DNA of 64,000 bases, taken from assembly GCA_902522865.1 (NCBI GenBank), contig CABYXC010000008.1, positions 1,059 through 65,058 on the forward strand. The letters are read 5' to 3'. Position 1 is the stretch's first letter; each line of letters opens with the position of its first letter. This document shows, one piece after another, positions 51,567 to 61,610 of this stretch. This DNA is from an uncultured Alphaproteobacteria bacterium (GTDB lineage Bacteria > Pseudomonadota > Alphaproteobacteria > HIMB59 > GCA-002718135). Below the pieces are notes generated by a model that was given only the letters and a program-made list of their open reading frames with translations, was not told the origin of the DNA and made no database searches. Both the position numbers and the translations under genes were made by a program.

Positions 51567-52814
51567 ATGCAAAATAATTATTTTTATAAATGGATAGATA
51601 GTAATAAAGATGATGAAATAAATAGTTTCAAAGAATGTATCGATTCATATATTTATTTTAAGAAAGATGCTTTTTATAAAACTAACAAATTAATTAAAAA
51701 AAAACCAGAATTTAATGCTCCAAAATTATTAAAAATAGTTTTATTGCTTTTTTCTAGAGATGTACAAAAAATTTCATTAGCTAGAGAAACATTCAAATTA
51801 ATTTCCACTGATGAAGTAAATGATTATTTTCATCAATATTTAGAGATAGTAAATCTCTGGATTAAAAATGATTTAAAAAATTTATTAAATAAATTGGAAT
51901 TAATTATAAAAGATAATCCCAAAGATATTTTTGCAATCAGATTATTTCATTTTAATAATATTTTCTTGGGTATTGATAGTAAATTTTTAAATAAACATGA
52001 GGAAATACTAAGTAAGTGGTCTGAAAATGATCAGCATTACAATTTACTATTAGGGATGACTAGCTATGCTTTTGAAGAAAATAATATAATTGATAAAGCT
52101 AAGCTTTTAGCTTTAAATTCACTAAAACAATCATCAAATGACTTATGGAGTTGGCATGCCCTTTTGCATGTACACGATAATGAGAATAACAACTCTATTA
52201 ACAACAATGATAATTTTAATAAAATTAATTGGTCAATTTACGGTCCAATAAAAAGACATATATGGTGGCATCAATCATTAATATTATTCTACAATCAAGA
52301 ATATGAGAAAAGTTTAAAACTATTTGATAATTATTTCTCTTCTTCAGAAATTTTTTATTTAGATTTTTGTAATGCTTGTTCTTTTTTATTAAGACTTCAT
52401 TACAAAGGAGTGGATGTTAAAGAAAGAATGGATAAATTAAAAGATTATGCTGAATATTTTAAAAATCAACACATACTTCCATTCATTGATTATCATCTTA
52501 TTTTTTATTACTTATACTATAATGACCAAGATTATTTTCAGCAACTTGAAGAGAAAATGGAAGAAAATTATTTAGAAAATTCTTTTAAAGAAAATTATAT
52601 TAATTACTTAAAGCCAATCATTCACAGTATGAAAACAAATGAATTATTAAACGAAAATATAATTAAATCACAATTTAAATACCTTGGAGGTAGTTTTGCT
52701 CAACGAGAACTTATTTTTTTAAGTTTAATCCAAAATACAAAATATGAAAAGAATAAATCAGATTTAATATCAGAATATAATGATTATAAATCAGTATCAA
52801 AATTATATGTATAA
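51567..52814 (+). CDS. TTC38-like tetratricopeptide-repeat protein
   Basis: WSWHALLHV, HIWWH and GGSFAQREL motifs characteristic of the TTC38 family. Confidence 0.7.
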   Translation: MQNNYFYKWIDSNKDDEINSFKECIDSYIYFKKDAFYKTNKLIKKKPEFNAPKLLKIVLLLFSRDVQKISLARETFKLISTDEVNDYFHQYLEIVNLWIKNDLKNLLNKLELIIKDNPKDIFAIRLFHFNNIFLGIDSKFLNKHEEILSKWSENDQHYNLLLGMTSYAFEENNIIDKAKLLALNSLKQSSNDLWSWHALLHVHDNENNNSINNNDNFNKINWSIYGPIKRHIWWHQSLILFYNQEYEKSLKLFDNYFSSSEIFYLDFCNACSFLLRLHYKGVDVKERMDKLKDYAEYFKNQHILPFIDYHLIFYYLYYNDQDYFQQLEEKMEENYLENSFKENYINYLKPIIHSMKTNELLNENIIKSQFKYLGGSFAQRELIFLSLIQNTKYEKNKSDLISEYNDYKSVSKLYV

Positions 52815-54621
52815 TTCTAAATTATTAGAAGAAAAATTTATAAAAAATTCAAATAATAATTTTACCTTATTAAAAGATAATCTTTTTTTTCGAAATATAA
52901 CTTTTCAAAATTTTCAAATTTTAAAGATGATATCATTTTTGGTAAGAAACAAAAATTGGAATAACTATGATCCTAAAATTCTAAATTATGAAGAGAACTT
53001 TGATACATCCTTAGAATATATATTCGATTTAGAATATGGTATAGATGAAATTCTTAAAACAAGAAATGTTATATTATTTTCTGATAATTCTATCACTCTA
53101 TCCTCTGAAGGAGAATTTTTAACTGATTTTTGGACTAATAGAATAGGTTTTAATTTATTAATTCCATTACAAAATCATGTTGGTTCAAACATCATTGTAA
53201 CAAAAGGGAACGATTTAAAAGAGGAAAAAAAATTTCCAGAAAACATAAAACCCGACCAACCATTTTTTAAATTTAAAAACCTTGCTTATACTTTAGACGA
53301 TAGTTTGTTGGTTAATATTAATTTTGAGGGTATTTTATTTGAAATGGAGGATCAAAGAAACTGGGGTGATGCCTCTTATAAAATATATAGCGGCTCCTTA
53401 TTAGAACCTTTCCCATATGTAGAAAAAGGGGGGACTAATTTCTCTCAAACTGTTAAAATAGATTTAGTAAATAAAAAACAAAGATCTTTCCCGTCTAAGA
53501 ATATTGTAAAAATTGATCATACTACTCCTTATAAATTTCCTAAAATTGGTATAAAAATTGATTCTTTAATTGTTCCTGATGATAATTTAATAAATAACTT
53601 TGATTATTATTACTATCTTATTGATTTTACTGAAGATTTTACGAATGTAACTTCAAGATCTCAAAACAAAGTATTCCTTGTAGCTTTGGTTGATCATACT
53701 AATGATCCTGATGATGAGTTAAAAAAAATTTACAATTTTGTAACTGAAAATACTATTAATTTAGATAAAATTTTAATTTGTCCAAAAATATATTTGAATA
53801 GTTTTCAACCAGCTGGTGAATGGCCTAAAGCTCCGGAATTAAATGAATACTATAAAATTGCGAAAAAGATATTTTCTAATAGTGAAATTGTTTCTGGAAT
53901 GGTCACTAATTTTACAGAATTAAATAGAAAAAGACCAAAAATGTTTTATGATTTGGTTAGTTTTTCCTTCACTCCAATTGTTCATGATTCTAGTGATTTT
54001 GGTGTATTAAATACACCTGAAACTATACCTTATATCCTTAAAACTCTAAAAAATTTTTCTAATAGTACCAATGTTCATATTGGTCCAATTTCTATTGGTA
54101 TGCATTTCAATCCTTATGGTGAAGGTCTTGTAAGTAATAAAAACAAAATAAGATTAGAAATGGCTGATAGCGATCCAAGGCATGATCAATTATTTTCACT
54201 AACTTGGACACTGGCAATTTTTATTCAATCAATAAATAAAGAATCAAAATTTTTTACTTTTAATTCTATTTATGGGCATCATGGAATATTAAATAAAGAT
54301 AATACCAAAAGACCATTGTATCATTTAAATAATTTTCTTATTTCATTAACAAATTCAGAAATTTTTAAATTTAATCCAGTTAACGAAGTGTATGGATTAA
54401 AAATCGTACTAAATGATAAAAAGTATTATTTATTTGTTAATTCCTCAAAACAAAAAAAGGAAATTATTATTCCTGAAATAAATTTTAGTAATCAATATAA
54501 GCTTAATTTAAACAATTATACTGATATTTTTAATAATGATTTTTCTTTTTTTAACTTTAAAAATGATACAAGTCCATATACGTTTGAACCCTTAGAAATT
54601 AAATTTATAGAAGATAAATGA
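52807..54621 (+). CDS. D-apionate lactonase-like protein
   Basis: NRIGF, FEMEDQRNWGDASYKIY, SFQPAGEWP, NFTELNRKRP, NPYG, DPRH; start at ATG 52807. Confidence 0.72.
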   Translation: MYNSKLLEEKFIKNSNNNFTLLKDNLFFRNITFQNFQILKMISFLVRNKNWNNYDPKILNYEENFDTSLEYIFDLEYGIDEILKTRNVILFSDNSITLSSEGEFLTDFWTNRIGFNLLIPLQNHVGSNIIVTKGNDLKEEKKFPENIKPDQPFFKFKNLAYTLDDSLLVNINFEGILFEMEDQRNWGDASYKIYSGSLLEPFPYVEKGGTNFSQTVKIDLVNKKQRSFPSKNIVKIDHTTPYKFPKIGIKIDSLIVPDDNLINNFDYYYYLIDFTEDFTNVTSRSQNKVFLVALVDHTNDPDDELKKIYNFVTENTINLDKILICPKIYLNSFQPAGEWPKAPELNEYYKIAKKIFSNSEIVSGMVTNFTELNRKRPKMFYDLVSFSFTPIVHDSSDFGVLNTPETIPYILKTLKNFSNSTNVHIGPISIGMHFNPYGEGLVSNKNKIRLEMADSDPRHDQLFSLTWTLAIFIQSINKESKFFTFNSIYGHHGILNKDNTKRPLYHLNNFLISLTNSEIFKFNPVNEVYGLKIVLNDKKYYLFVNSSKQKKEIIIPEINFSNQYKLNLNNYTDIFNNDFSFFNFKNDTSPYTFEPLEIKFIEDK

Positions 54622-55640
54622 AAAAATTAAAAGGAGCATTAATTGGTTGTGGTTTCTTTGCTGAAAATCATATTTTAGCTTGGAATGAATTAAAAAATAT
54701 TGAGATAATATGTGTTTGTGATTTAGATATTAAAAAAGCTAATAAATTTAAATCTAAATTTAACATTTTACATTCTTATTCATCGATAGAGTTAATGTTA
54801 AAAAAACATAAAATAGATTTTGTTGATGTTGTAACAACAATGGAGACACATTTAAATATTGGTAAAATTTTATCTAAGTATAAAATTCCAACTTCTATAC
54901 AAAAACCATTTGCTGAAAATTTATCAAATGCAAAAAAAATTGTTTCTTTATATAAAAAAAACAAAACACCACTTATGGTGCATGAGAATTTTAGATGGCA
55001 AAGCCCTCTATTAAAATTAAAAGAAATTATAAATAAGGAGAAGTTAACTAAACCTCATTATGCCAAAATATCTTTTAGACATGCCAATCCTGTTGGATAT
55101 ACCAATCAAACATATTTATATGATTTAAAAGAGTATTTAACCTTAGACGTGGGAATCCATTTATTTGATTTAAGCAGATTTTTTATGGGAGAAGCAAAAA
55201 GTATTTATACAGTTAATCAAAATACAAATAATAAATTTAAAGGTGAAACAGATTTTATATCCCTAATAAGAAATAAAAATAAAAGTATTACCATTGTTGA
55301 TGCATCTATTTCTTCAATAAAAAAACCTGATAGATTTGCTCAAACACTAGTTAATTTAGAATTCTCTAACGGCTCAATTGATTTGGATTACAATTATAAA
55401 ATTACTCTTCACAAAAATAATAAGAAGAAGATTTATGATGGAAAACCAAAGAAATATAAATGGATTTCAAAGCCTTGGGATCAAATTCAGGAAAGTGTAA
55501 TTAATACGCACAAACATTTCATTGATTCATTAATAAATAATATTGAACACGACACCAGCGGTGAAGATAACATAAAGAGTTTATCATTAGTCTTCAATTC
55601 ATATAAATCTGATAAGCTAAGGAAAGAAGTTAAAATTTAA
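54618..55640 (+). CDS. Gfo/Idh/MocA oxidoreductase, D-apiose dehydrogenase-like
   Basis: IGCGFFAENH, QKPFA, VHENFRWQ, DVGIHLFD; ATGA overlap with the lactonase-like gene. Confidence 0.75.
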   Translation: MKKLKGALIGCGFFAENHILAWNELKNIEIICVCDLDIKKANKFKSKFNILHSYSSIELMLKKHKIDFVDVVTTMETHLNIGKILSKYKIPTSIQKPFAENLSNAKKIVSLYKKNKTPLMVHENFRWQSPLLKLKEIINKEKLTKPHYAKISFRHANPVGYTNQTYLYDLKEYLTLDVGIHLFDLSRFFMGEAKSIYTVNQNTNNKFKGETDFISLIRNKNKSITIVDASISSIKKPDRFAQTLVNLEFSNGSIDLDYNYKITLHKNNKKKIYDGKPKKYKWISKPWDQIQESVINTHKHFIDSLINNIEHDTSGEDNIKSLSLVFNSYKSDKLRKEVKI

Positions 55641-55654
55641 TTATTTATTTAATT

Positions 55655-58267
55655 TTAAATTGTAAATTTAGATATTTCATCTCTAATTAATTTACTTAAG
55701 AGACTGTAACCAAGTACATTCATGTGTAATGGATCTTCTGAATAAAATTTTTCAAATCCAGCATAAAGCATTGGAGAACAAAGATCAATATAGCGCCATT
55801 GACTAAAATTCTCAATTTTATTTTTTATTCGTTCATTTGCTTCTAAAATTGTATTTAAATAATTATTTCTGAATACACTTGGTTTTATGGATACAAAAAA
55901 ACATAACGTATGAGGTAATTTTTCATTAACTTCAGAAGCAAATAATAAAAATTCATTTTCTAAATTTTCAGCACTCATTCCGCTACCTATATCATTATCA
56001 CCAGCATAAAAAATCATCTTGTCAGGATTATTTGGGACTACTATTCTGTTAAAATAGGTGCGACATGAAACTAATGTGGAACCACCAAATCCTAAGTTTA
56101 ATAAACTATCAAATGACAAATCAGTTTTTGCATTTTCCCAATCTCTAAATGTTGAACTTCCAAATAAGACTATTTTGTTATTTTTATATTGATCTGAATG
56201 TAATTTAATTTCTAATTCTCTTACGTCTGCTTCAAATTCTTCTTCAATAGGGCTAACTAAATTTAAGTTACTAACTACATCTTCATTATTAATTTTATTT
56301 TTTGAAGCAGATTTCGCTAATTCAATTGCTTCTTCAACATATGTTCTAAAAGTTTTTCTATATTTAGATAAAAAATTTTCTAACTCTTTTTTATTTTTCA
56401 TATCATTTATAAAATCTTTTATTTTTATTGGTTTTTTAATAACTGCTGAATAAATTGTATCAGAAATTGAATAATCAAAATTGGCTAATGCAATAGGAAC
56501 AAGAAGAGGCTCTGGTTTTAATTGGTCTGCTAATAAAAATGCACCTGGTTTTAATGGGCCTGGAGAATTTGGAGTTAAATTATCTTCAGTTTCAGATGTA
56601 CCTTCTGGAGCTATAACTAAAGGTCTGTTTTGATCAAAAATATTTTGAGTTTCGATAAATAATTTGCTTTTTCTCTTCTTTTTTTGTTCTTGAGTTTCGT
56701 TTAAATAATCTGATTCTGGTGTATGGACGAAAATATAATCTAAATTCTCATAATAATTATATCTCCAGAATTCTGTATTTCTAGAATATCGAGCAATTCT
56801 TTGACCACCATCACCATATTTTGGGAATAAAATTTTTGCACTAATAAAGTGACTATCTATACTAAATTGATGTCCATTAGCTAAACCATTTTCTTCAATG
56901 CTTGCCAAATGATTATAAAAAAAAATGTTTGTAGGTTCGTCAGGTAAATTCTCCATACCTTTAATAACATAAGGCACTTGATCAAAAGCTTTTATAAAAT
57001 CTGAATTTGTTAATTTTTGTAATGCTTTTTTATTTATTGAGTCATATGAGGTTGCTACTCTGTTATATATTTTGTTAAGTTGTTTGAAAAATCTATTTTT
57101 TCTTTCTATACCACTCAAAGCATCAATCATTAAACTAGCTATAGATTTTTCATCATCATTACCTGTTATAATTAAATCATAAATTGTATCGAATGCTAAA
57201 GAATGAGTTAAATGATTTTCTAATAAATGAGGTATTGTATAAAGTTTTGAATTACTTGGTATTGTTGCAGAATTATCATTTAATAAATATTGAAAAAACT
57301 CTTTTTCATTTTTAGCTGGATATGTCGTTAAGCCTGTTGAACTTTGAATATAACGACCTAATTGCCATAATTGTCTTTTAAAGAATTTGATTGCCAATTC
57401 TGCATTGGTTTTAATTAAATTATCAATAAACTCATTTGAAAATTTTAATATAGTTGTATCTCTTGTTGCTTTTAATGAGTAGGGTGATACAATTTCATGA
57501 AATCCTGAAGATAATGATAATGCTACTCCTGGTCTAGCTATTGATCTTGAATTGTTTTCTAATTGATCATCTTTTAAATTTGTAAAAGATGCCTCAACCT
57601 TACCTTTTAACAAAATATTTATTCCATCTGATTTAGTGCCTTCTAGCGCTATATATTCACCTGCTGAAAATAGCCTAACGTTTGCATAGTTTATTAATTC
57701 ATCGAGATCATTATCATCAAGAAAAGCTAAAAATGCAGAATTTTTAATTCTTTTTGTATTTACAATATCTCCACTAGTTTTAACACCTTCTGCTATATTA
57801 ATGTTTTTTTGTTCAATAGGTTTTTTTAAATTGCGAGATGACTCTATTAAATTAATTGATTCAAATAATAAAAAAGAATAAAAAAAACTTGCATAATCAG
57901 GATCTACTTCTTCTAATTCTTTTAATTTTTCTATTTTGATAGAAATATATTCTGAATTACCTTTAATAAATATATCCGACATATATCTGCCTGGTGCATT
58001 TAAGCCAGAAATTCCAAGAGGTGATCCTTCATTTTGTAATGCTGCTAACTTATAAAAAACATTATTATGATATTTTACATATTCCGCTTCACCTTTTAAA
58101 AGAATAAAAATTTGATCTGCAATACCATGCTGTTCTGCAATTTTGATGTCTTCATTACTTTTATGAAATTCTGCACCAGAATTTATTAAATCTTCAGTAT
58201 TTTTTTTTGGAGACAAAGAAAAACCTTTATCTACAAGTATTAAAGATATTTTTTCACTTAAATTCAT
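55655..58267 (-). CDS. Multidomain protein: two cNMP-binding-like domains, PlsC-type acyltransferase and SGNH/GDSL hydrolase
   Basis: FILLKGEA and FSAGEYIALEG..ILLKGKV; FYNHL and VIAPEGT; FGSST, GFGGS, YAGDND, DPLH. Confidence 0.75.
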   Translation of the reverse strand: MNLSEKISLILVDKGFSLSPKKNTEDLINSGAEFHKSNEDIKIAEQHGIADQIFILLKGEAEYVKYHNNVFYKLAALQNEGSPLGISGLNAPGRYMSDIFIKGNSEYISIKIEKLKELEEVDPDYASFFYSFLLFESINLIESSRNLKKPIEQKNINIAEGVKTSGDIVNTKRIKNSAFLAFLDDNDLDELINYANVRLFSAGEYIALEGTKSDGINILLKGKVEASFTNLKDDQLENNSRSIARPGVALSLSSGFHEIVSPYSLKATRDTTILKFSNEFIDNLIKTNAELAIKFFKRQLWQLGRYIQSSTGLTTYPAKNEKEFFQYLLNDNSATIPSNSKLYTIPHLLENHLTHSLAFDTIYDLIITGNDDEKSIASLMIDALSGIERKNRFFKQLNKIYNRVATSYDSINKKALQKLTNSDFIKAFDQVPYVIKGMENLPDEPTNIFFYNHLASIEENGLANGHQFSIDSHFISAKILFPKYGDGGQRIARYSRNTEFWRYNYYENLDYIFVHTPESDYLNETQEQKKKRKSKLFIETQNIFDQNRPLVIAPEGTSETEDNLTPNSPGPLKPGAFLLADQLKPEPLLVPIALANFDYSISDTIYSAVIKKPIKIKDFINDMKNKKELENFLSKYRKTFRTYVEEAIELAKSASKNKINNEDVVSNLNLVSPIEEEFEADVRELEIKLHSDQYKNNKIVLFGSSTFRDWENAKTDLSFDSLLNLGFGGSTLVSCRTYFNRIVVPNNPDKMIFYAGDNDIGSGMSAENLENEFLLFASEVNEKLPHTLCFFVSIKPSVFRNNYLNTILEANERIKNKIENFSQWRYIDLCSPMLYAGFEKFYSEDPLHMNVLGYSLLSKLIRDEISKFTI

Positions 58268-58315
58268 TAATTATCTAGCTTAATAAATTTCTCTTTTTAA
58301 TTAAAGAAAAAAATA

Positions 58316-59020
58316 TTATCTTCTTATAATTGACTTAAAAATATTAATAAAAGATAACAGTATTATTTTTAACCTAAATATACTCACAATTGATTGAGCT
58401 AAATATGTCAATGCAGCAGCTCTTAAAACAGATTTACATTGATACATATTCTCTTTTGGAACATATCTTTTGAGTATTGGTAAAGCTCTCTTAAAACTTG
58501 CATCAAATTCTACAGGAAGAGTAATCAAATGGATTAAAACATTTGTAGATAAACAACCCATTATTATTATAGCGGCAATAAGAGTGATAAATGGACTTTT
58601 AGTGAAGGCAAATATTGAAGGTAGTCCTATAATTAATAAAAATGAACCAATTCTCTGAAAGAGCATTGTTTTTTCAATTAATGATTGTCTAAGTATAAGT
58701 GGTTTATATTTTTCTTTATCTTGAATTGCATGACCAATTTCGTGAGCAACAACGGAAATGCTTGTTATACTTTTTTTATCAAGTTTATCTGTAGCGATAT
58801 GTATTTTTTTATCTTTAGGATTGTAATGATCTAATTGTTTAATAGGATTAATTGATACATTGGTAATTTCTTCTTCTTCAAGTATTTTTTTTCCAAGCTC
58901 TCTTCCTGTAAAGGGCATATCAGGTAAAATTTTATTATATTTTTTTAAAATATAATTTACCCATAAACTTGGTAGAAAGAGTGCCATAAATGGTAAAAAA
59001 TAGTAAAATAATTTAATCAC
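58316..59020 (-). CDS. Membrane zinc metallopeptidase (YugP-like)
   Basis: DHYNP, AHEIGHAIQ, TLPVEFDAS, AAALTY; GTG start. Confidence 0.88.
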   Translation of the reverse strand: MIKLFYYFLPFMALFLPSLWVNYILKKYNKILPDMPFTGRELGKKILEEEEITNVSINPIKQLDHYNPKDKKIHIATDKLDKKSITSISVVAHEIGHAIQDKEKYKPLILRQSLIEKTMLFQRIGSFLLIIGLPSIFAFTKSPFITLIAAIIIMGCLSTNVLIHLITLPVEFDASFKRALPILKRYVPKENMYQCKSVLRAAALTYLAQSIVSIFRLKIILLSFINIFKSIIRR

Positions 59021-59103
59021 AATATAAAAATAGGAATAATATTATTAAAAATCAATTTTATTTAATCTGGTATTATTAACAATAATTAATTATTGTTTTA
59101 AAA

Positions 59104-60294
59104 GTGAAATCTAAATTTGAAAGAATTAATAGACTCCCTCCATATATATTTGGGGAGATAAATTCATTAAAAATGAAACTGAGAACAGAGGGTAGGGATA
59201 TTATTGATTTTGGTATGGGTAACCCTGATATGCCGACACCTCTTCACATAAGACAGAAATTGAAAGAAGTTATAGATAAGCCAGGTGTTGGACGTTATTC
59301 AGTTTCTAAAGGCATTAATGGATTAAGAAAGGCTCAAGCTAAATATTATAAAAAACGATTTAATGTTGATTTAAATCCATCAAGTGAAATTATAGTAACA
59401 ATTGGTTCAAAAGAAGGTTTAGCAAATTTAGCACAAGCTATTACTTCAAAAGGAGATAGAATATTATGTCCTGATCCATCATATCCAGTTCATCCATATG
59501 GTTTTATGATTGCCGGAGCTAAACTAACACCTTTGAAAACATTTTTTAATGGACAGTTTGATAAAAACAAATTTTTATTAAATATAGTTAATAATTTAAA
59601 AAAATATTCTTCAATAAAAGTTATTATCGTTTCTTTTCCCTCAAATCCAACAGCTCAGATAGTTGATTTAGATTTTTATAAAGAATTAGTGAAAATTGCA
59701 AAAAAATATCAAGTTTATATTCTATCTGATTTAGCTTATTCTGAAATTTACTTTGGCAATAATCCACCACCATCAATATTAGAAGTTAATGGAGCAAAGA
59801 GCATAGCAGTTGAATTTACAACTTTATCCAAAACTTATGCAATGGCTGGGTGGAGAATAGGTTTTGCGGTTGGAAACAAAACTTTAATTGAGGCATTAAC
59901 AAAAATAAAATCATATGTAGACTATGGTGCTTTTACACCAGTTCAAGTAGCAGCCACTGCTGCTCTAAACGGATCTCAAAAATGTGTAGAAGAAATAAGG
60001 GAGACTTATAAAAAAAGAAGAGATGTTTTAATAGAATCTTTTGAAAGGGCTGGTTGGGATAAAATTCCAGAGCCTGAAGCATCAATGTTTGTATGGGCTC
60101 CATTACCAAAAAAATATAAAAAAATGGGTTCTATGAAGTTTGCTAAAAATTTAATGATAAATGCTGACGTTGCAGTAGCCCCTGGTTTAGCTTTTGGAAA
60201 AGGAGGGGAGGGTTTTGTTCGTATTGGTCTAGTAGAAAATACTCAAAGAATAAGACAGGCGGCTAAAAATATTAAAAAATATTTTAATACTTAA
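59104..60294 (+). CDS. Class I/II PLP aminotransferase (AlaC / LL-DAP aminotransferase-like)
   Basis: RLPPYIF, GMGNPD, PSNPT, DLAY, SKTYAMAGWRIG. Confidence 0.88.
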   Translation: MKSKFERINRLPPYIFGEINSLKMKLRTEGRDIIDFGMGNPDMPTPLHIRQKLKEVIDKPGVGRYSVSKGINGLRKAQAKYYKKRFNVDLNPSSEIIVTIGSKEGLANLAQAITSKGDRILCPDPSYPVHPYGFMIAGAKLTPLKTFFNGQFDKNKFLLNIVNNLKKYSSIKVIIVSFPSNPTAQIVDLDFYKELVKIAKKYQVYILSDLAYSEIYFGNNPPPSILEVNGAKSIAVEFTTLSKTYAMAGWRIGFAVGNKTLIEALTKIKSYVDYGAFTPVQVAATAALNGSQKCVEEIRETYKKRRDVLIESFERAGWDKIPEPEASMFVWAPLPKKYKKMGSMKFAKNLMINADVAVAPGLAFGKGGEGFVRIGLVENTQRIRQAAKNIKKYFNT

Positions 60295-60296
60295 TA

Positions 60297-61274
60297 TCAA
60301 ACTGATAAAATTTTAATATAATGAGATAATTTTTCACCTGCATCCCATGCATCACTTAGACTTTTTCCTATAACCCAGTCTCCACTTAAAAATAATTTGT
60401 TATCCTTAGAATTAATCCAATTTTTTTTTGAAATACTATTATAACTGACTTTTGTTTGCGCAAATAACCATCTGTGTGATTTAATAAAACTTATCTCATT
60501 TTTTATACCAAATGTTTTTTCAAATATTGATTGAGCGTATTTTTCTAGATCAGATTTATCAATGCTAATATTGTTATTCGTATATTCAGAACTCATATTT
60601 AATACCCAACATTCGTCAGATAATTCATTAAATTTAATATTTTGATTCATAAAAAAACTAATATCTTTATGAAGATTTAATCCTGCTTTGATATTTATGT
60701 TGTTAATATCTTTATAACTTAACATTACTGTATGTATTGGATCATAAGATGGTTCGCTAACAATCTGAGTAAAATCAATTAAATCTTTTGAAAGTTCTTT
60801 TGATTGTAGATACGGTATACAAATTAACACATAATCAAAATCTTTAAATTCTTCCTTTTCAGAAAATAGTGAGAAGAGATCATTACTATTTTTTGAAACT
60901 TTAATTATTTTTGAATTTAAATAACTTTTTACTTTAATATTATCAAAAATAGACTTTGGAATAGAATTCATTCCATTTTGACCAATAATAATTTTTTTTC
61001 TAGTTTTTTTATTTTTTAAATAATCTGTTGCAAAATCTATTTCTATTACTTGTCCCAAATTAAATCTACTTATTACTTCATTTAATTGATTTACAGAATG
61101 ATTTGTCGATAGATAATGTGCTCCATGATCAAAAAGGTAATTATCATGCTTTCTAGTAGAGACTCTTCCTCCTGGTCTCCATGATTTATCAAAAATTGTA
61201 ATATTATGTTCTTGAAGATTATAAGCAAGAGACAAGCCAGTCATCCCAGCTCCAATTATTGCAATATTTTTCAC
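60297..61274 (-). CDS. Renalase-like FAD/NAD(P)-dependent oxidoreductase
   Basis: IIGAGMTG, GGRVSTR, FDHGAHY, HRWLFA, GDW. Confidence 0.82.
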   Translation of the reverse strand: MKNIAIIGAGMTGLSLAYNLQEHNITIFDKSWRPGGRVSTRKHDNYLFDHGAHYLSTNHSVNQLNEVISRFNLGQVIEIDFATDYLKNKKTRKKIIIGQNGMNSIPKSIFDNIKVKSYLNSKIIKVSKNSNDLFSLFSEKEEFKDFDYVLICIPYLQSKELSKDLIDFTQIVSEPSYDPIHTVMLSYKDINNINIKAGLNLHKDISFFMNQNIKFNELSDECWVLNMSSEYTNNNISIDKSDLEKYAQSIFEKTFGIKNEISFIKSHRWLFAQTKVSYNSISKKNWINSKDNKLFLSGDWVIGKSLSDAWDAGEKLSHYIKILSV

Positions 61275-61275
61275 A

Positions 61276-61479
61276 TTAATTAATGTTAATTATTTGAAAA
61301 TTTTTTTTGCCTGAAGATTTAATTTTTTTTAAACCAAATTTACTGCATAGATTTTTGTATCTCTGTTTTGCTGGTAAGTTAATTGTTTTAAAATGTATAT
61401 TATCGTGACCAAACATCATTTTCTGACCATTAATTTCATATAATTTTTTATAAATACTAGATTTTCTTCTAATAACCAT
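61276..61479 (-). CDS. Small basic hypothetical protein (67 aa)
   Basis: ATG ORF packed directly upstream of the oxidoreductase. Confidence 0.45.
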   Translation of the reverse strand: MVIRRKSSIYKKLYEINGQKMMFGHDNIHFKTINLPAKQRYKNLCSKFGLKKIKSSGKKNFQIININ

Positions 61480-61482
61480 GAT

Positions 61483-61566
61483 TTAATAGAAAAAATATAT
61501 AGTTAAATTTAAAGCAGCAAAGATAAAGACTATTGCAATAGCTGCGTATAAATTTCTCTTGTTCAT
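61483..61566 (-). CDS. 27-aa hydrophobic peptide, not in ORF track
   Basis: MNKRNLYAAIAIVFIFAALNLTIYFFY; stop lies 3 nt before the next ATG. Confidence 0.45.
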   Translation of the reverse strand: MNKRNLYAAIAIVFIFAALNLTIYFFY

Positions 61567-61610
61567 ATGTATTTATAGTTAAAATTATACTTAAAAGTCA
61601 AGATACTAAT

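Noticed and set aside
55655-58267. Pycsar or CBASS anti-phage effector
   Set aside because: No cyclase, CD-NTase or other defence gene lies nearby, and the cNMP domains lack the canonical binding cassette.
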